This document shows positions 1 to 12,322 of a stretch of DNA of 64,000 nucleotides, piece after piece (the first letter of the stretch is position 1; each line of letters starts with the position of its first letter). Under the pieces are notes generated by a model, which worked only from the letters and a program-made list of their open reading frames with translations, had not been told where the DNA came from and made no database searches. This DNA is from an uncultured Eubacteriales bacterium. GTDB taxonomy: Bacteria; Bacillota; Clostridia; Saccharofermentanales; Saccharofermentanaceae. The DNA is taken from assembly GCA_900317035.1 (NCBI GenBank), contig ONFC01000001.1:462-64461 (forward strand), read 5' to 3'. A program made the translations under genes and the position numbers.

Positions 1-72
1 AAGATTGAAACAGTTTGAGCGGGTCCGGCGGATGCCGGAGGATGACCCCGCACAAAGGAAGGAAGTAGAAAA

Positions 73-309
73 ATGGCAGAAATTAAGTCTGAAGTCGTTA
101 AGGAGATCGGTATCCTTTCGACAAGTAAATCTAACTGGAACCGTGAGGTCAACATCATCCGCTGGAATGATGGTAAGCCGAAGCTGGATATCCGTGACTG
201 GGCTCCGGAGCATGAGCGTGCCGGTAAGGGCATCACTCTGACGGCTGAGGAAGTAGCCGTTCTTAAGGAACTGCTTGCTGATTACGATCCGTACGAGTTC
301 GAAGATTAA
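73..309 (+). CDS. PC4/YdbC-like small ssDNA-binding protein
   Basis: 78-aa ORF. The pattern W.REVN.IRWNDGKPKLDIRDW...GKGITLT.EE..L matches the bacterial YdbC/PC4 fold family as I recall it. The overlapping 5..241 ORF is in another frame and has no recognisable features. Confidence 0.6.
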   Translation: MAEIKSEVVKEIGILSTSKSNWNREVNIIRWNDGKPKLDIRDWAPEHERAGKGITLTAEEVAVLKELLADYDPYEFED

Positions 310-331
310 TTTATTCTGAAAGGCAAAAGCC

Positions 332-973
332 GTGCGAAGCGATTTACGGGCATTGATTGTTTCCATATTGTTGTTTCTTCTTTGGGGAACTGTCCTTACA
401 TATCCGTTTCGCATCATTTCAGATATTACGAGTCAGGCAACGGAAGCAGTTGTGGGCAAGATGCACTTGCCTGCGATTGCTTTTGCTGTTTTAGTTTTGT
501 TTGTGATCATCGGTATCACTTGTGTGATGCTGTTTCTGGGACGTATGGAGAGTTCGGAAGCGATTGCTCTTTCTCTTTCGGTACTGGCATGTATTGTATA
601 CTGCGTTCGGGTGTTCAGATCACGTTCTTTCTCGATCGAGTCCGTCTTCGTGGCAGTCGTTCTTGCCGGAACGATCGTGCTTATTCTTCTTAGAAAGACG
701 GAGTGGACGAGATATATTGCGGATGCTTTTATCATGGCGCTTCCTGTCCGTATGTGCTATGAATGTGTCATGAATCCGCTGTACCGTCTTCTTAAGACGG
801 ATCTTTATAAGCTGTCTCCGTTTATTACAGTGCCTCAGACCGGCATCTTCTCGAAGGTCGGAAACCTTCTGGGTGTGGATCTTCTGGTATGGAGCGGCTT
901 CTTTTTTATTCTTTCGATCCTTCCGGTCATCTACCTTTCCGGTGGCCGTAAAGAGGGAGAAATCAGAAGATAA
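332..973 (+). CDS. hypothetical polytopic membrane protein
   Basis: 213-aa ORF with a GTG start and 5-6 hydrophobic helices. No family recognised. Confidence 0.45.
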   Translation: MRSDLRALIVSILLFLLWGTVLTYPFRIISDITSQATEAVVGKMHLPAIAFAVLVLFVIIGITCVMLFLGRMESSEAIALSLSVLACIVYCVRVFRSRSFSIESVFVAVVLAGTIVLILLRKTEWTRYIADAFIMALPVRMCYECVMNPLYRLLKTDLYKLSPFITVPQTGIFSKVGNLLGVDLLVWSGFFFILSILPVIYLSGGRKEGEIRR

Positions 974-3611
<2,638 letters not shown>

Positions 3612-3615
<4 letters not shown>

Positions 3616-4106
3616 GTTATTTCTGGGCGAATTTAGGCGGACATCTGCTTATTAGTCTGCTTCTTCTGATCGTTTTTCTCTGGTCGGTTAAGAATACACA
3701 GCAGAACCGGTGGAAGAAAGGATTTCTTTTCCTTCTTCCTGTCGTGCTGGTGATCGTTCTTCTTGTGCAGCTTGCTCTTTTTTCCATCCCCCGCCTTCTG
3801 GATACGACGACCGTTCTCCGTTCTTCCTATCGTATGAAAAGTGGGACGATCGAGTCGGTGAGCAGCTTTAAAGATAAGGTGAAGATCGACGGGACCACTT
3901 ATTATGTCAATCCGTTCTCTTTTGATCGCGAGGTTGGAGATGAGGTCACCGTAAAATACACTCCTTATGCTAAGTACGCATACTCCCTGGAATTAGTGGA
4001 GACGGAGGAGGAAAAGGATAGTAGGGAATCGAAAGAAACAAAAGATTCCAAGGATTCCAAAGTATCTAAAAACTCTAAAGAAAAGAAAGACGCAGATCCT
4101 TCTTAA
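3612..4106 (+). CDS. hypothetical membrane protein with Ser/Lys-rich C-terminal tail
   Basis: 164-aa ORF with a TTG start overlapping the upstream stop. Two N-terminal TM helices, and a low-complexity tail DSRESKETKDSKDSKVSKNSKEKKD. Confidence 0.45.
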
Positions 4107-4198
4107 TAAATTGTTTTCAAAACTACTCATATATCATATTGCTTGTCAAATCACAGGCATGCTTTAATACGGAAAACGAAAAGAAAGCAGGCAGATAT

Positions 4199-4795
4199 AT
4201 GAGACAATACAAATCAGTTGGAACTGTTGAAAAAAGTATACATTCTCCCAGAACGCAGAGGAAGGAATACGGTTTTTATATTGCCTGTGATGACCGGGCG
4301 ATACTTAACTGTGTGAATGCAATGCTTTTAAGTCACGGGCTGGTGGGCCTGAGTGATACGGAAGGGAAGATCCATTATCTGATTGACGGCAGGAGAGGGA
4401 AGAATTATATCTTAGGACAGGTGAAAGAGAGAGTTCTTCCGCTGCGCGAGGCATCTCCGGAGAATTCTATGTATGAGGATGCGGTAACATACAGGGCGAT
4501 CGATACTGTAATCAGAAGATATGGCTTTCAGGAGACCCTTATGGGAACAAGGATCCTGCGTGTGTTGCTTTTCCGGCTGTATAAAGAACCGAAACTTCTT
4601 AAATGCGCGTCTAAAAGCCTGTATCCGCTGGCTCAGCCGGAGTTTCATATCACGGCTTCGCAAGTTGAGAGGAATCTTCGGTATGCGATAAGAAAAAGTA
4701 CGAGACTGAAGGAGAATACACGTGTGATCACAGTATTAAGGCTCCTTCTGGATGCAACGATGAGTGAAGTGGTGGATAAATATGGGAGAGCGTAA
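4199..4795 (+). CDS. Spo0A C-terminal (DNA-binding) domain protein lacking a receiver domain
   Basis: The segment ...SLYPLAQPEFHITASQVERNLRYAIRKS resembles the Spo0A_C signature (LYP..A....T...VER.IRHAI). No CheY-like N-terminus. I chose the ATG at 4199; the ORF track starts at a TTG at 4139. Confidence 0.6.
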   Translation: MRQYKSVGTVEKSIHSPRTQRKEYGFYIACDDRAILNCVNAMLLSHGLVGLSDTEGKIHYLIDGRRGKNYILGQVKERVLPLREASPENSMYEDAVTYRAIDTVIRRYGFQETLMGTRILRVLLFRLYKEPKLLKCASKSLYPLAQPEFHITASQVERNLRYAIRKSTRLKENTRVITVLRLLLDATMSEVVDKYGRA

Positions 4796-4796
4796 G

Positions 4797-4829
4797 TAAA
4801 AAAAGAGCTGCCTCATTGGAGACAGCTCT
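4797..4829 (-). terminator. rho-independent terminator of the HU gene
   Basis: Stem AGAGCTG/CAGCTCT (4804-4810/4823-4829). It is followed by a run of 7 T on the minus strand (the A-run 4797-4803 on plus). Confidence 0.6.
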
Positions 4830-4853
4830 CTAAAAGATCTTAATTAACAAAAA

Positions 4854-5138
4854 TTACTTCTTGTTGACCTTGTCCTTCAGACCCTTACCAGCCTTGAAAA
4901 CAGGAGCCTTGGAAGCAGGAATGGAGATAACTTCCTTTGTGCTCGGGTTTCTGCCCTTACGAGCTGCACGCTTCTTTGTCTCGAATGTACCGAAGCCAAC
5001 GAGAACTACTTTCTCCGGCTTCTTAGCAGCAAGTGCATCACCGATAGCATCGAGAGTAGCGTTGATAGCTGCCTCAGCCTGCTTCTTTGTCATGTTTGTC
5101 TTCTTTGCAACTGCATCAATAAGTTCTGATTTATTCAT
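4854..5138 (-). CDS. hup: HU family DNA-binding protein
   Basis: MNKSELIDAVAKKTNMTKKQAEAAINATLDAI...GFGTFE...R.GRNP.T is classic HU. The second ATG (5138) has better spacing to the AAGGAGG RBS than the ATG at 5144. Confidence 0.95.
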   Translation of the reverse strand: MNKSELIDAVAKKTNMTKKQAEAAINATLDAIGDALAAKKPEKVVLVGFGTFETKKRAARKGRNPSTKEVISIPASKAPVFKAGKGLKDKVNKK

Positions 5139-5173
5139 TTTCATTGCCTCCTTCAGGGCTTTATTTCAAAGTT

Positions 5174-5202
5174 ATTATGTACGTGTAAGCGCCTATTGTC
5201 AA
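5174..5202 (-). promoter_or_regulatory. sigma-A type promoter for hup
   Basis: On the minus strand: TTGACA (5202-5197), a 17-nt spacer, then CATAAT (5179-5174). Confidence 0.5.
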
Positions 5203-5279
5203 GGGTTTTTTCGTTTTTTCTGCCAAAAAGGCAAACAAGCATATTATTTAATTTTGTCAAGACACTTTTCTAATTTGCG

Positions 5280-6617
5280 TTAGATATCCATTTCTTCAAA
5301 AGCATCCAGCCCTTTGGCGGGAACTACCCTATTGTCACCATGCTTTACGAAGAGCATAGTGATAAAACTCAAAAATGCAAAAAATGCTGCATAAGGGAAG
5401 AGAATACGGTAGTCTACATTCTTCAGAAGGGCGCCTGCAAGCACAGGAGTTACGACCTGTGCGCTCATTGAGGCTGTGTAGTAGTAACCTGTAAACTTGC
5501 CGGTGTCGGCGCCGCTGCACATCTCGACACACATGGGAAGCGAGTTGACATTGATCAGTGCCCAGGCGGCTCCTACGATAAAGAAATCGATATACATGGT
5601 GAAAAGTGCACTGCTGCCCGCCTGGGTAGTGACGAAATACGCGAAAACAAAGCACAGGCTGAAACTGAGAGTCCCGATCAGAATGGTCTTTCTTCTTCCG
5701 ATGCGGGATGCCAGAATACCTGCCGGGATAAAGAAGATGATGGCTCCGATATTGGTGATCAGAAAACAGGTCGAGGCAAAGCCCAGATTCTTTCCCATCA
5801 GATTTGAACAGTAAGAGGTAAACCATGTGGTAAGGGAATTATAGGCAAAATACCATAGTGCCACGGAAGCGAGAAGGAAGAGCATCGATTTTCTGACAGC
5901 TGCCGGAAGACGTGCATGGTCATCTTTTCCATGCTCTGTGAGATCCCATTCCGGATGCTCTTTCTCGATGAGTTCATTTTCTTTCGACCATTTCGGCTCT
6001 TTGACTGTCAGCAGCATGATGCCGATCGCAAGAAACATCAGTGCGGCGATAAAGATGAAGAGCGGCTGATAATTCACGTGGTCGAGTTCTTTTGTCTTCG
6101 ATTCCGGATACATCAGAGCAGAGAAGATCAGGTAGAGGATGCCGCCAAGCGCACCCATAAGATTAATGATTGCATTTCCGCGGGAGCGCAGGGGCTTCGG
6201 GGTAATATCCGGCATCAGGGCTACGGAAGGTGAACGGAAAACGGACATGGCTATAAGAAGAAGCCCGAGCGTGATAATAAACGAGACGAGTTTGAACTGG
6301 GACGGGGATCTCGCATAACTGTTGTCCCAGACCGGCAGAAGATTGGTGAGAATGATCGATACTCCTGTGCCGAAAAGAATATACGGCATTCTTTTTCCGA
6401 TGCGCGTCTTTGTTCCGTCTGAAAGCTTGCCGAAAAGAGGCAGAAGAAAGAGTGCCAGAATATTATCGGAAGCCATAATGGCTCCGGTAACGCTCTCGTT
6501 CAGATGAAAAGTATTACCGAGGATCAAGGGAAGGACATTATCGTACATCTGCCAGAAGGCTGTAATAGCAAGAAATGCAAGGCCGGATAGAAATGTTCTT
6601 TTGTAGTTGAGCTTCAT
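5280..6617 (-). CDS. MFS transporter (glycoside/SLC45-like)
   Basis: 445 aa with about 12 TM helices. N-terminal motif LPLFGKLSD..KTR.GKR is typical of an MFS loop 2-3. Confidence 0.8.
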   Translation of the reverse strand: MKLNYKRTFLSGLAFLAITAFWQMYDNVLPLILGNTFHLNESVTGAIMASDNILALFLLPLFGKLSDGTKTRIGKRMPYILFGTGVSIILTNLLPVWDNSYARSPSQFKLVSFIITLGLLLIAMSVFRSPSVALMPDITPKPLRSRGNAIINLMGALGGILYLIFSALMYPESKTKELDHVNYQPLFIFIAALMFLAIGIMLLTVKEPKWSKENELIEKEHPEWDLTEHGKDDHARLPAAVRKSMLFLLASVALWYFAYNSLTTWFTSYCSNLMGKNLGFASTCFLITNIGAIIFFIPAGILASRIGRRKTILIGTLSFSLCFVFAYFVTTQAGSSALFTMYIDFFIVGAAWALINVNSLPMCVEMCSGADTGKFTGYYYTASMSAQVVTPVLAGALLKNVDYRILFPYAAFFAFLSFITMLFVKHGDNRVVPAKGLDAFEEMDI

Positions 6618-6747
6618 AGGAACCTCCCGGCGATCAATATATCTTTACTATACCATGAAAAGGTCAAAAAAACGAAATTGCATTCTATATCAACTAGTGG
6701 TAATGTACTTGTGTATATGAAAGAATAAACCAATGGAGGAGAAAAAT

Positions 6748-6951
6748 ATGGTTATTACAAAAGATATGATCATTGCTGAAGTTCTCAACGAGCATGAGGA
6801 ACTGGTTCCTGTATTTATGAATAACGGTCTGCACTGCCTCGGCTGCGCGATGGCTCATGGTGAGTCCATCGAGGGTGCCTGCATGGTTCACGGTCTGGAC
6901 TGTGACGCTCTTGTAGATGCTCTGAATGTTGCTCTCGGAGAGAATGCATAA
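6748..6951 (+). CDS. DUF1858 / hybrid-cluster-protein-associated redox disulfide domain protein
   Basis: Small protein ITKDM.I.EVL......VPVFM..GLHCLGC..A..ESIE.A. The ATG at 6748 is preceded by GGAGGAG. Confidence 0.7.
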   Translation: MVITKDMIIAEVLNEHEELVPVFMNNGLHCLGCAMAHGESIEGACMVHGLDCDALVDALNVALGENA

Positions 6952-7018
6952 TACATTTTAAACGTATTATAGATATTAATGTAAAAGAACTGCTATCTGT
7001 ACGGATCGCAGTTCTTTT

Positions 7019-9199
7019 TTATTCTTCTTCCGGTTCTTCGTCAAAGGAATATTCAGAAGCCTTAAAGACGATATGGAATTCGGATCCTTTTCCTTCCTCG
7101 CTTTCGGCCCAGATCTTTCCGCCGTGCTTATCCATGATGCTCTTTACGATAGAAAGCCCGAGGCCGGATCCGGTCTTATTGATACCGGAATTCTCGGCAC
7201 GGTAGAAACGGTCGAACACGTAAGGAACTTCGTTTGCGGGAATGCCGACTCCGTTATCCTTGATCAGTACTTCCACGGCATTTCCGCCGAGCATGGCCGG
7301 ATCATCGTAGCGGTGACAGGTAATGTCGATCACGCCATCGTCACGGGTGTATTTCATGGCATTTACTATAATATTCTCGAATACGCGAAGCAGTTTCTTC
7401 GGATCACCGTCGATGAGAAGGTCATCATCTTCCGGGGCATGGAAATGCATGACTTTTTTTGTGCCCTCACACTCGGCATGATACAGCTGGAAAAGATCCT
7501 GTACCATTTCCTTTATGCTGATGGGCATCTTTTCGATCGTGTCATTCTCGGATTCCATTCGCGTCAGCTGTACAAGGTCAGAGATCAGCTGCTCCATCTG
7601 AACACTTCTGGTATGCATGTTCGAAAGATACTGTACTTCCTGCTCCCGTGACAGCGGTTCTTTCGCATTGAGCATTAATTCGATATACCCGCGGATGGCG
7701 GTGATCGGAGTCCTTAAGTCATGGGAGACATTGGACATGACTTTCTTTCTGGCATCCTCATTTTCCAGAAGTCTCTCGTGATTATGGAGAAGGTCCTGAT
7801 TTACGCGGGTGATGTATTTCGTCTTTTCTTCCACGGCGCTTTCCAGATTGCGGTTGTTATCCTCCAGCATCTCATAAGTGTGTACATAATCCTTGACGAA
7901 GTACAGTGTAAAGCCGATCGCAAGAAAGATGAGAAGGAATGCGTGAAGGGTGATATAGACGAAGTACTGGTATCGGACAAAGAAAGAGACATGCATCGCC
8001 GAAGAAAGAATAACGGAGGCAATATAAAGGAGCTTACCATGCTCGTAGCGCTTCGTCATATAAAATACCCGGAATATGTTATAGATACTGGTGACCAGTA
8101 TCAATACCATGTTCGCAACAACGGAAGAAGGCAGATACAAAAGACTCGGGAAGCACCAGAAAGTAAGAAGGTAGCAGCAGGTCAGCATCGAGAAGATGGA
8201 GATCTCGAAGAAACGAAGTTTATCGAAAAGCTTGCTGGTCCCCTTGGGATACAGCGAAAGGAAGAACAGGAATGACCAGTAGTTCGCGAAGATCATAAAG
8301 GTGATCGTGATCAGTTTATTCCAGTTCCCCGGCAGGATCGTAACCATCGGTGAACAAATTTCATACAGGATCTCGGAAAGGAACATTAGAAGGAAGAAGT
8401 GGAACTTGGCCCTTCCGTTGAAGGTCTTGGAGATGTAGTTTCCTCCGATGGCAAAGAAGACCCAGAACGCGCAAAGAACGGTAAGGTACATACGTACAGA
8501 ATACTCGATCATGCCGATCGTTGTGGTGGAGGCGATACACGGGCTGTAAAGAATACCTCCATATGGAGAGGAGTAGTTGGCGCAATCGATCACGATCTCG
8601 ATCTTTCCGTCGACAGGTACAAGCTGGATGTCCGTGCAGACCTGTGCCGGTTCGTATCGTTCTTTTAAATCGGAGACAGTACCGTAGTGACGGACCGCCT
8701 TGCCGTTTACCCAGATCGTCGCGGACTGGGCAATGTCCGGGATATTCAGGGTTACATAGTCGACAGACTTATTCAGGACAAGTTCGATACGGTATGTTCC
8801 TACGCCGAAACGCCCCATCTTCTGGACTTCTTCGCCGAAAGAATAAAGCTCTGCCTTATCTCCGAGATCCATCCAGCCGTTAGAGGATATCGTGACGCCC
8901 TTATAATACGGGTATTTGACCTTGCTGTTTTCCAGACGGCTGATACGGATCATCTCCGGAGTGAGAAGACGGTTCGGATAGAATTCCCAGCCGCTCTTGA
9001 TCGTGACCGGTGTTCCTTTCGTTTCTGTCCAGTTATTGAGATTCACAGCACCGGTGATCGTATAAGAAAAATCACTGCCATGCCGCTGGTTTACTGCTAA
9101 AAATGCCAGTGACATGACAGTGAGAATAATAACTAAGATAACTGCAGATATGCCGACAGAAAGAGGGTGCTTCTTTGATTTGCTACGATCTGACGACAT
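7019..9199 (-). CDS. sensor histidine kinase with extracytoplasmic domain and multi-TM (7TMR-DISM-like) sensor
   Basis: 726 aa. N-terminal TM, about 200-aa external domain and about 7 TM helices. H-box SHDLRTPITAIRGY, N-box NAMKYT, G-boxes DNGVGI and GSGLGLSIV. Confidence 0.9.
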   Translation of the reverse strand: MSSDRSKSKKHPLSVGISAVILVIILTVMSLAFLAVNQRHGSDFSYTITGAVNLNNWTETKGTPVTIKSGWEFYPNRLLTPEMIRISRLENSKVKYPYYKGVTISSNGWMDLGDKAELYSFGEEVQKMGRFGVGTYRIELVLNKSVDYVTLNIPDIAQSATIWVNGKAVRHYGTVSDLKERYEPAQVCTDIQLVPVDGKIEIVIDCANYSSPYGGILYSPCIASTTTIGMIEYSVRMYLTVLCAFWVFFAIGGNYISKTFNGRAKFHFFLLMFLSEILYEICSPMVTILPGNWNKLITITFMIFANYWSFLFFLSLYPKGTSKLFDKLRFFEISIFSMLTCCYLLTFWCFPSLLYLPSSVVANMVLILVTSIYNIFRVFYMTKRYEHGKLLYIASVILSSAMHVSFFVRYQYFVYITLHAFLLIFLAIGFTLYFVKDYVHTYEMLEDNNRNLESAVEEKTKYITRVNQDLLHNHERLLENEDARKKVMSNVSHDLRTPITAIRGYIELMLNAKEPLSREQEVQYLSNMHTRSVQMEQLISDLVQLTRMESENDTIEKMPISIKEMVQDLFQLYHAECEGTKKVMHFHAPEDDDLLIDGDPKKLLRVFENIIVNAMKYTRDDGVIDITCHRYDDPAMLGGNAVEVLIKDNGVGIPANEVPYVFDRFYRAENSGINKTGSGLGLSIVKSIMDKHGGKIWAESEEGKGSEFHIVFKASEYSFDEEPEEE

Positions 9200-9222
9200 A
9201 ACGGCCTACGCTTCCGGAAAAA

Positions 9223-9930
9223 TTACTCGGCGCGCATAGTGTTACGGATCGGCGGGTAGGTGAAAGAATAACCGGAACCCCACTCGGTCTTAACGAACTG
9301 GACGGTCGGATCTGCTTTTTCCATTTTCTTTCTAAGATAACTGATGTTAACCATAACGAGGTGATTGTCGCAAAGACCGTCATCTCCCCAAACATGAGAG
9401 TAGATGCGGGCAAAAGGAACGATCACGTTCGGTGTCTCTGCCAGGAGGCGGAGAATATCGAATTCGCGGTTTGTAAGATGAACCGGAACGTTATTCAGGG
9501 TAACTTCACGGGTCTTAACATTCATCGTCAGCGGAGGGAACTCCATCAGGAAGCCGTCACGTGTCATATTGCGGCGGATATGCGCCGAGATACGTGCGGA
9601 AAGCTCCGGAAGGTTATATGGCTTGGTCATATAGTCATCTCCGCCGGCCTTAAATCCGGTGATCTTATCCTCGAGCTGATCCTTTGCCGAAAGGAAAATG
9701 ATCGGAGCATTTGAATATACATGGATCTTGGAAGGAAGATCATATGCATTTCCATCCGGAAGCATAATATCGAGAACGATGCAGTCGTAAGAGTTTGTCT
9801 CTACCTTCTGAAGCGTCTGTGCGATATTGGTGGCTACACTTACGTCATAGCCCTCGTTTGTCAGGAATGAGCGGTTGATCTCTAAGATGTCGGTATCGTC
9901 GTCAACCAGTAGAATACGATGTTTTGCCAT
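9223..9930 (-). CDS. OmpR-family response regulator
   Basis: MAKHRILLVDDD... receiver domain plus a winged-helix C-terminus (...LT.REFDILRLL...GSGYSF). The ATG at 9930 is preceded by AAGGATGG. The track ORF extends further, to 9981. Confidence 0.9.
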   Translation of the reverse strand: MAKHRILLVDDDTDILEINRSFLTNEGYDVSVATNIAQTLQKVETNSYDCIVLDIMLPDGNAYDLPSKIHVYSNAPIIFLSAKDQLEDKITGFKAGGDDYMTKPYNLPELSARISAHIRRNMTRDGFLMEFPPLTMNVKTREVTLNNVPVHLTNREFDILRLLAETPNVIVPFARIYSHVWGDDGLCDNHLVMVNISYLRKKMEKADPTVQFVKTEWGSGYSFTYPPIRNTMRAE

Positions 9931-10157
9931 TTTTGCACCATCCTTTTGAAAATCATGTCCCAAATTGAATGGGATCCCCAAAATTTACAACAACAAAAAA
10001 ACTTGTGTTCTTTGCTATTATACAATTCTCAAAGACAAAATGAAAGCAAAATTACGAAGAAAAGATGGACAATTTGTAAAAGCATGGAAAACAGGACACC
10101 TTTGTGATAAAATCTAAAAACAAACAAACGTTTGACAGTGGGGAGAGATAAAGCGAG

Positions 10158-11399
10158 ATGGTTGAGCGGAGTATTCTGCATGTGGATCAGAATTGCTTCT
10201 TTGCTTCGGTGGAGATGAAGAGCCACCCGGAGTGGAGATCTGTTCCTATGGCTGTCGGTGGCGACAGCGAGCAGCGTCACGGAATCATCCTCGCGAAGAA
10301 CCAGCTGGCACAAGGGTATGGTGTAAAGACGGCGGAAGCGATCTGGCAGGCCAGGCAGAAGTGCCCGGATCTTCTTGTCGTACCGGCGCACTTTGATCAG
10401 TATGTTTACTACTCCGAGCGTATCCGGGAGATGTTTCTGCAGTATACCGATATGGTCGAGCCGTTCGGCCTGGATGAGTGCTGGCTGGATGTTACCGGGT
10501 CATCGATGGGTACTCCGAAAGAGATCGCAGATGAGATCCGTATGAGAGTAAAAGACGAGCTGGGACTTTCTTGCTCTGTCGGCGTTAGCTTTAATAAGTC
10601 ATTTGCCAAACTCGGATCCGATTATAAAAAACCGGATGCTACGACGGTGATCACGAAAGAGAACTTCCGGGAGATAGTATGGCCGCTGCCGGTGTCGGAT
10701 CTTCTTTTTGTCGGGAAGGCGACGAATCAGGCGCTGGCAAAGATGAATGTACGTACTATCGGGGATCTGGCAGTGCTTTCGCCGGAGTTTGCGGTATCGG
10801 TGCTCGGGAAAAACGGCCATTACCTCTGGCGAAGTGCGAATGGCCTGGATGACGATCCGGTCAATCCGGCATCGTATGTGCGTCCGATGAAATCGGTCGG
10901 TAACAGCACAACCACTCCCCGTGATATGGAAAACAGAGATGATGTCTGGAAGGTGGTATGTACGCTATCCGCGCAGGTGGCGTCCCGGCTTCGGAAACAT
11001 CACTTCTTCGCCGGTACTGTTGTGATCTGGGTAAGAGATACCGATCTTAAGTCTTACGAGAAGCAGCGTGCGCTTCCGGCAGAAACGAATGATGAAAAAG
11101 AAATCGCGAAACTGGCGATGGAGCTTTTCGACGAGAGTTATGACTGGCATGCGCCGCTTCGGAGTTTCGGAGTCCGGACGACACATCTTTCAGACGAAGA
11201 AGACTATCACCAGATGACGATCTTCGAAAACGTGGAGAAGATACAGAAAGACGACCGCGTCAACCAGACGGTCGATGAATTGCGTGCAAGATACGGGTAT
11301 AATATCGTCATGAGGGGAACGCAGCTGGAAGGAAAAAACGATCTTACGGAAGATGGCCGGGAAGATCATCCGCACGGCGGTTTTCGGGAGGACCTGTGA
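10158..11399 (+). CDS. dinB: DNA polymerase IV (Y-family)
   Basis: 413 aa. ILHVDQNCFFASVE at the N-terminus is the Y-family palm motif; also ...LDECWLDVTG. Confidence 0.93.
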   Translation: MVERSILHVDQNCFFASVEMKSHPEWRSVPMAVGGDSEQRHGIILAKNQLAQGYGVKTAEAIWQARQKCPDLLVVPAHFDQYVYYSERIREMFLQYTDMVEPFGLDECWLDVTGSSMGTPKEIADEIRMRVKDELGLSCSVGVSFNKSFAKLGSDYKKPDATTVITKENFREIVWPLPVSDLLFVGKATNQALAKMNVRTIGDLAVLSPEFAVSVLGKNGHYLWRSANGLDDDPVNPASYVRPMKSVGNSTTTPRDMENRDDVWKVVCTLSAQVASRLRKHHFFAGTVVIWVRDTDLKSYEKQRALPAETNDEKEIAKLAMELFDESYDWHAPLRSFGVRTTHLSDEEDYHQMTIFENVEKIQKDDRVNQTVDELRARYGYNIVMRGTQLEGKNDLTEDGREDHPHGGFREDL

Positions 11400-12319
11400 G
11401 ATATAAAAGTGCAAATGAATATTACCGGTCCGTTTTCGGGCAGAAGATATACCGTCTGGCGCTGGATGCCGGATGCACATGTCCGAACAGAGACGGCACG
11501 CTGGGCTATGGCGGCTGCATATTCTGCAGCGGTTCCGGATCCGGTGAATTTGCCGCGGACAGAAATCTTCCCATTAAGGAACAGCTTCTTCAGGCAAAGG
11601 AAAAAGTGGCGGGAAAGTGCAGTTCCGGACGCTATATCGCGTATTTTCAGAATTTCTCCAATACATACGGTGATGAAGATGTATTAAAGCAGAAGTACGA
11701 AGAGGCTGTTTCCGATCCGGAGGTAGTAGGGATATCGATCGCGACCAGACCGGATGCGATCAGTGAGAAGATGTACGGCATCCTGGAGGAACTATCTGAA
11801 AAGACCTATGTATGGGTGGAACTGGGGCTTCAGACGATCCATGAAAAAACAGCGGAATGGATGAGAAGAGGATATGCTCTCTCTGTGTTTGATGAGGCAG
11901 TCCGCCGTCTTGCCGGAATATCAGGACATCTTGGTGTGATCGTGCATGTGATCATGGACCTTCCCGGGGAGGATGAGGAAATGATGCTTCAGACGATCGG
12001 GCATCTAAATGAGCTTCCGGTCCACGGGGTCAAGATCGCCAATCTCAACATCCTGAAGGACACAGATCTGGCAGGAGCATATCAGAAAGATCCGTTTCCG
12101 CTTATGGAGATGGATGAATACATCGGGCTCCTTGAAAAGATCATCCGAAGACTGCGGCCGGATATCGTGGTGTACAGGATGACCGGTGACGGCGCGAAAA
12201 GAACTCTCATCGCACCTTTGTGGGTCGGCAACAAAAGGCTCGTACGAAATAGTATCGAGGCATCTTTCCGCCTTCATGATGTTCAGCAGGGAGCCAACTA
12301 TATCCCAAAGAGGGCATAG
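11396..12319 (+). CDS. TIGR01212-family radical SAM protein
   Basis: 307 aa. ...KIYRLALDAGCTCPNRDGTLGYGGCIFCS is typical of the YtqA/YhcC-like family. The start overlaps the dinB stop by 4 nt. Confidence 0.85.
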   Translation: MRYKSANEYYRSVFGQKIYRLALDAGCTCPNRDGTLGYGGCIFCSGSGSGEFAADRNLPIKEQLLQAKEKVAGKCSSGRYIAYFQNFSNTYGDEDVLKQKYEEAVSDPEVVGISIATRPDAISEKMYGILEELSEKTYVWVELGLQTIHEKTAEWMRRGYALSVFDEAVRRLAGISGHLGVIVHVIMDLPGEDEEMMLQTIGHLNELPVHGVKIANLNILKDTDLAGAYQKDPFPLMEMDEYIGLLEKIIRRLRPDIVVYRMTGDGAKRTLIAPLWVGNKRLVRNSIEASFRLHDVQQGANYIPKRA

Positions 12320-12322
12320 TGA

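Noticed and set aside
5-241. 78-aa ORF at the window edge overlapping the PC4-like gene.
   Set aside because: It is in a different frame from the recognisable YdbC/PC4-like ORF at 73..309. Its composition is Arg/Ser-rich, and it has no RBS or motif.
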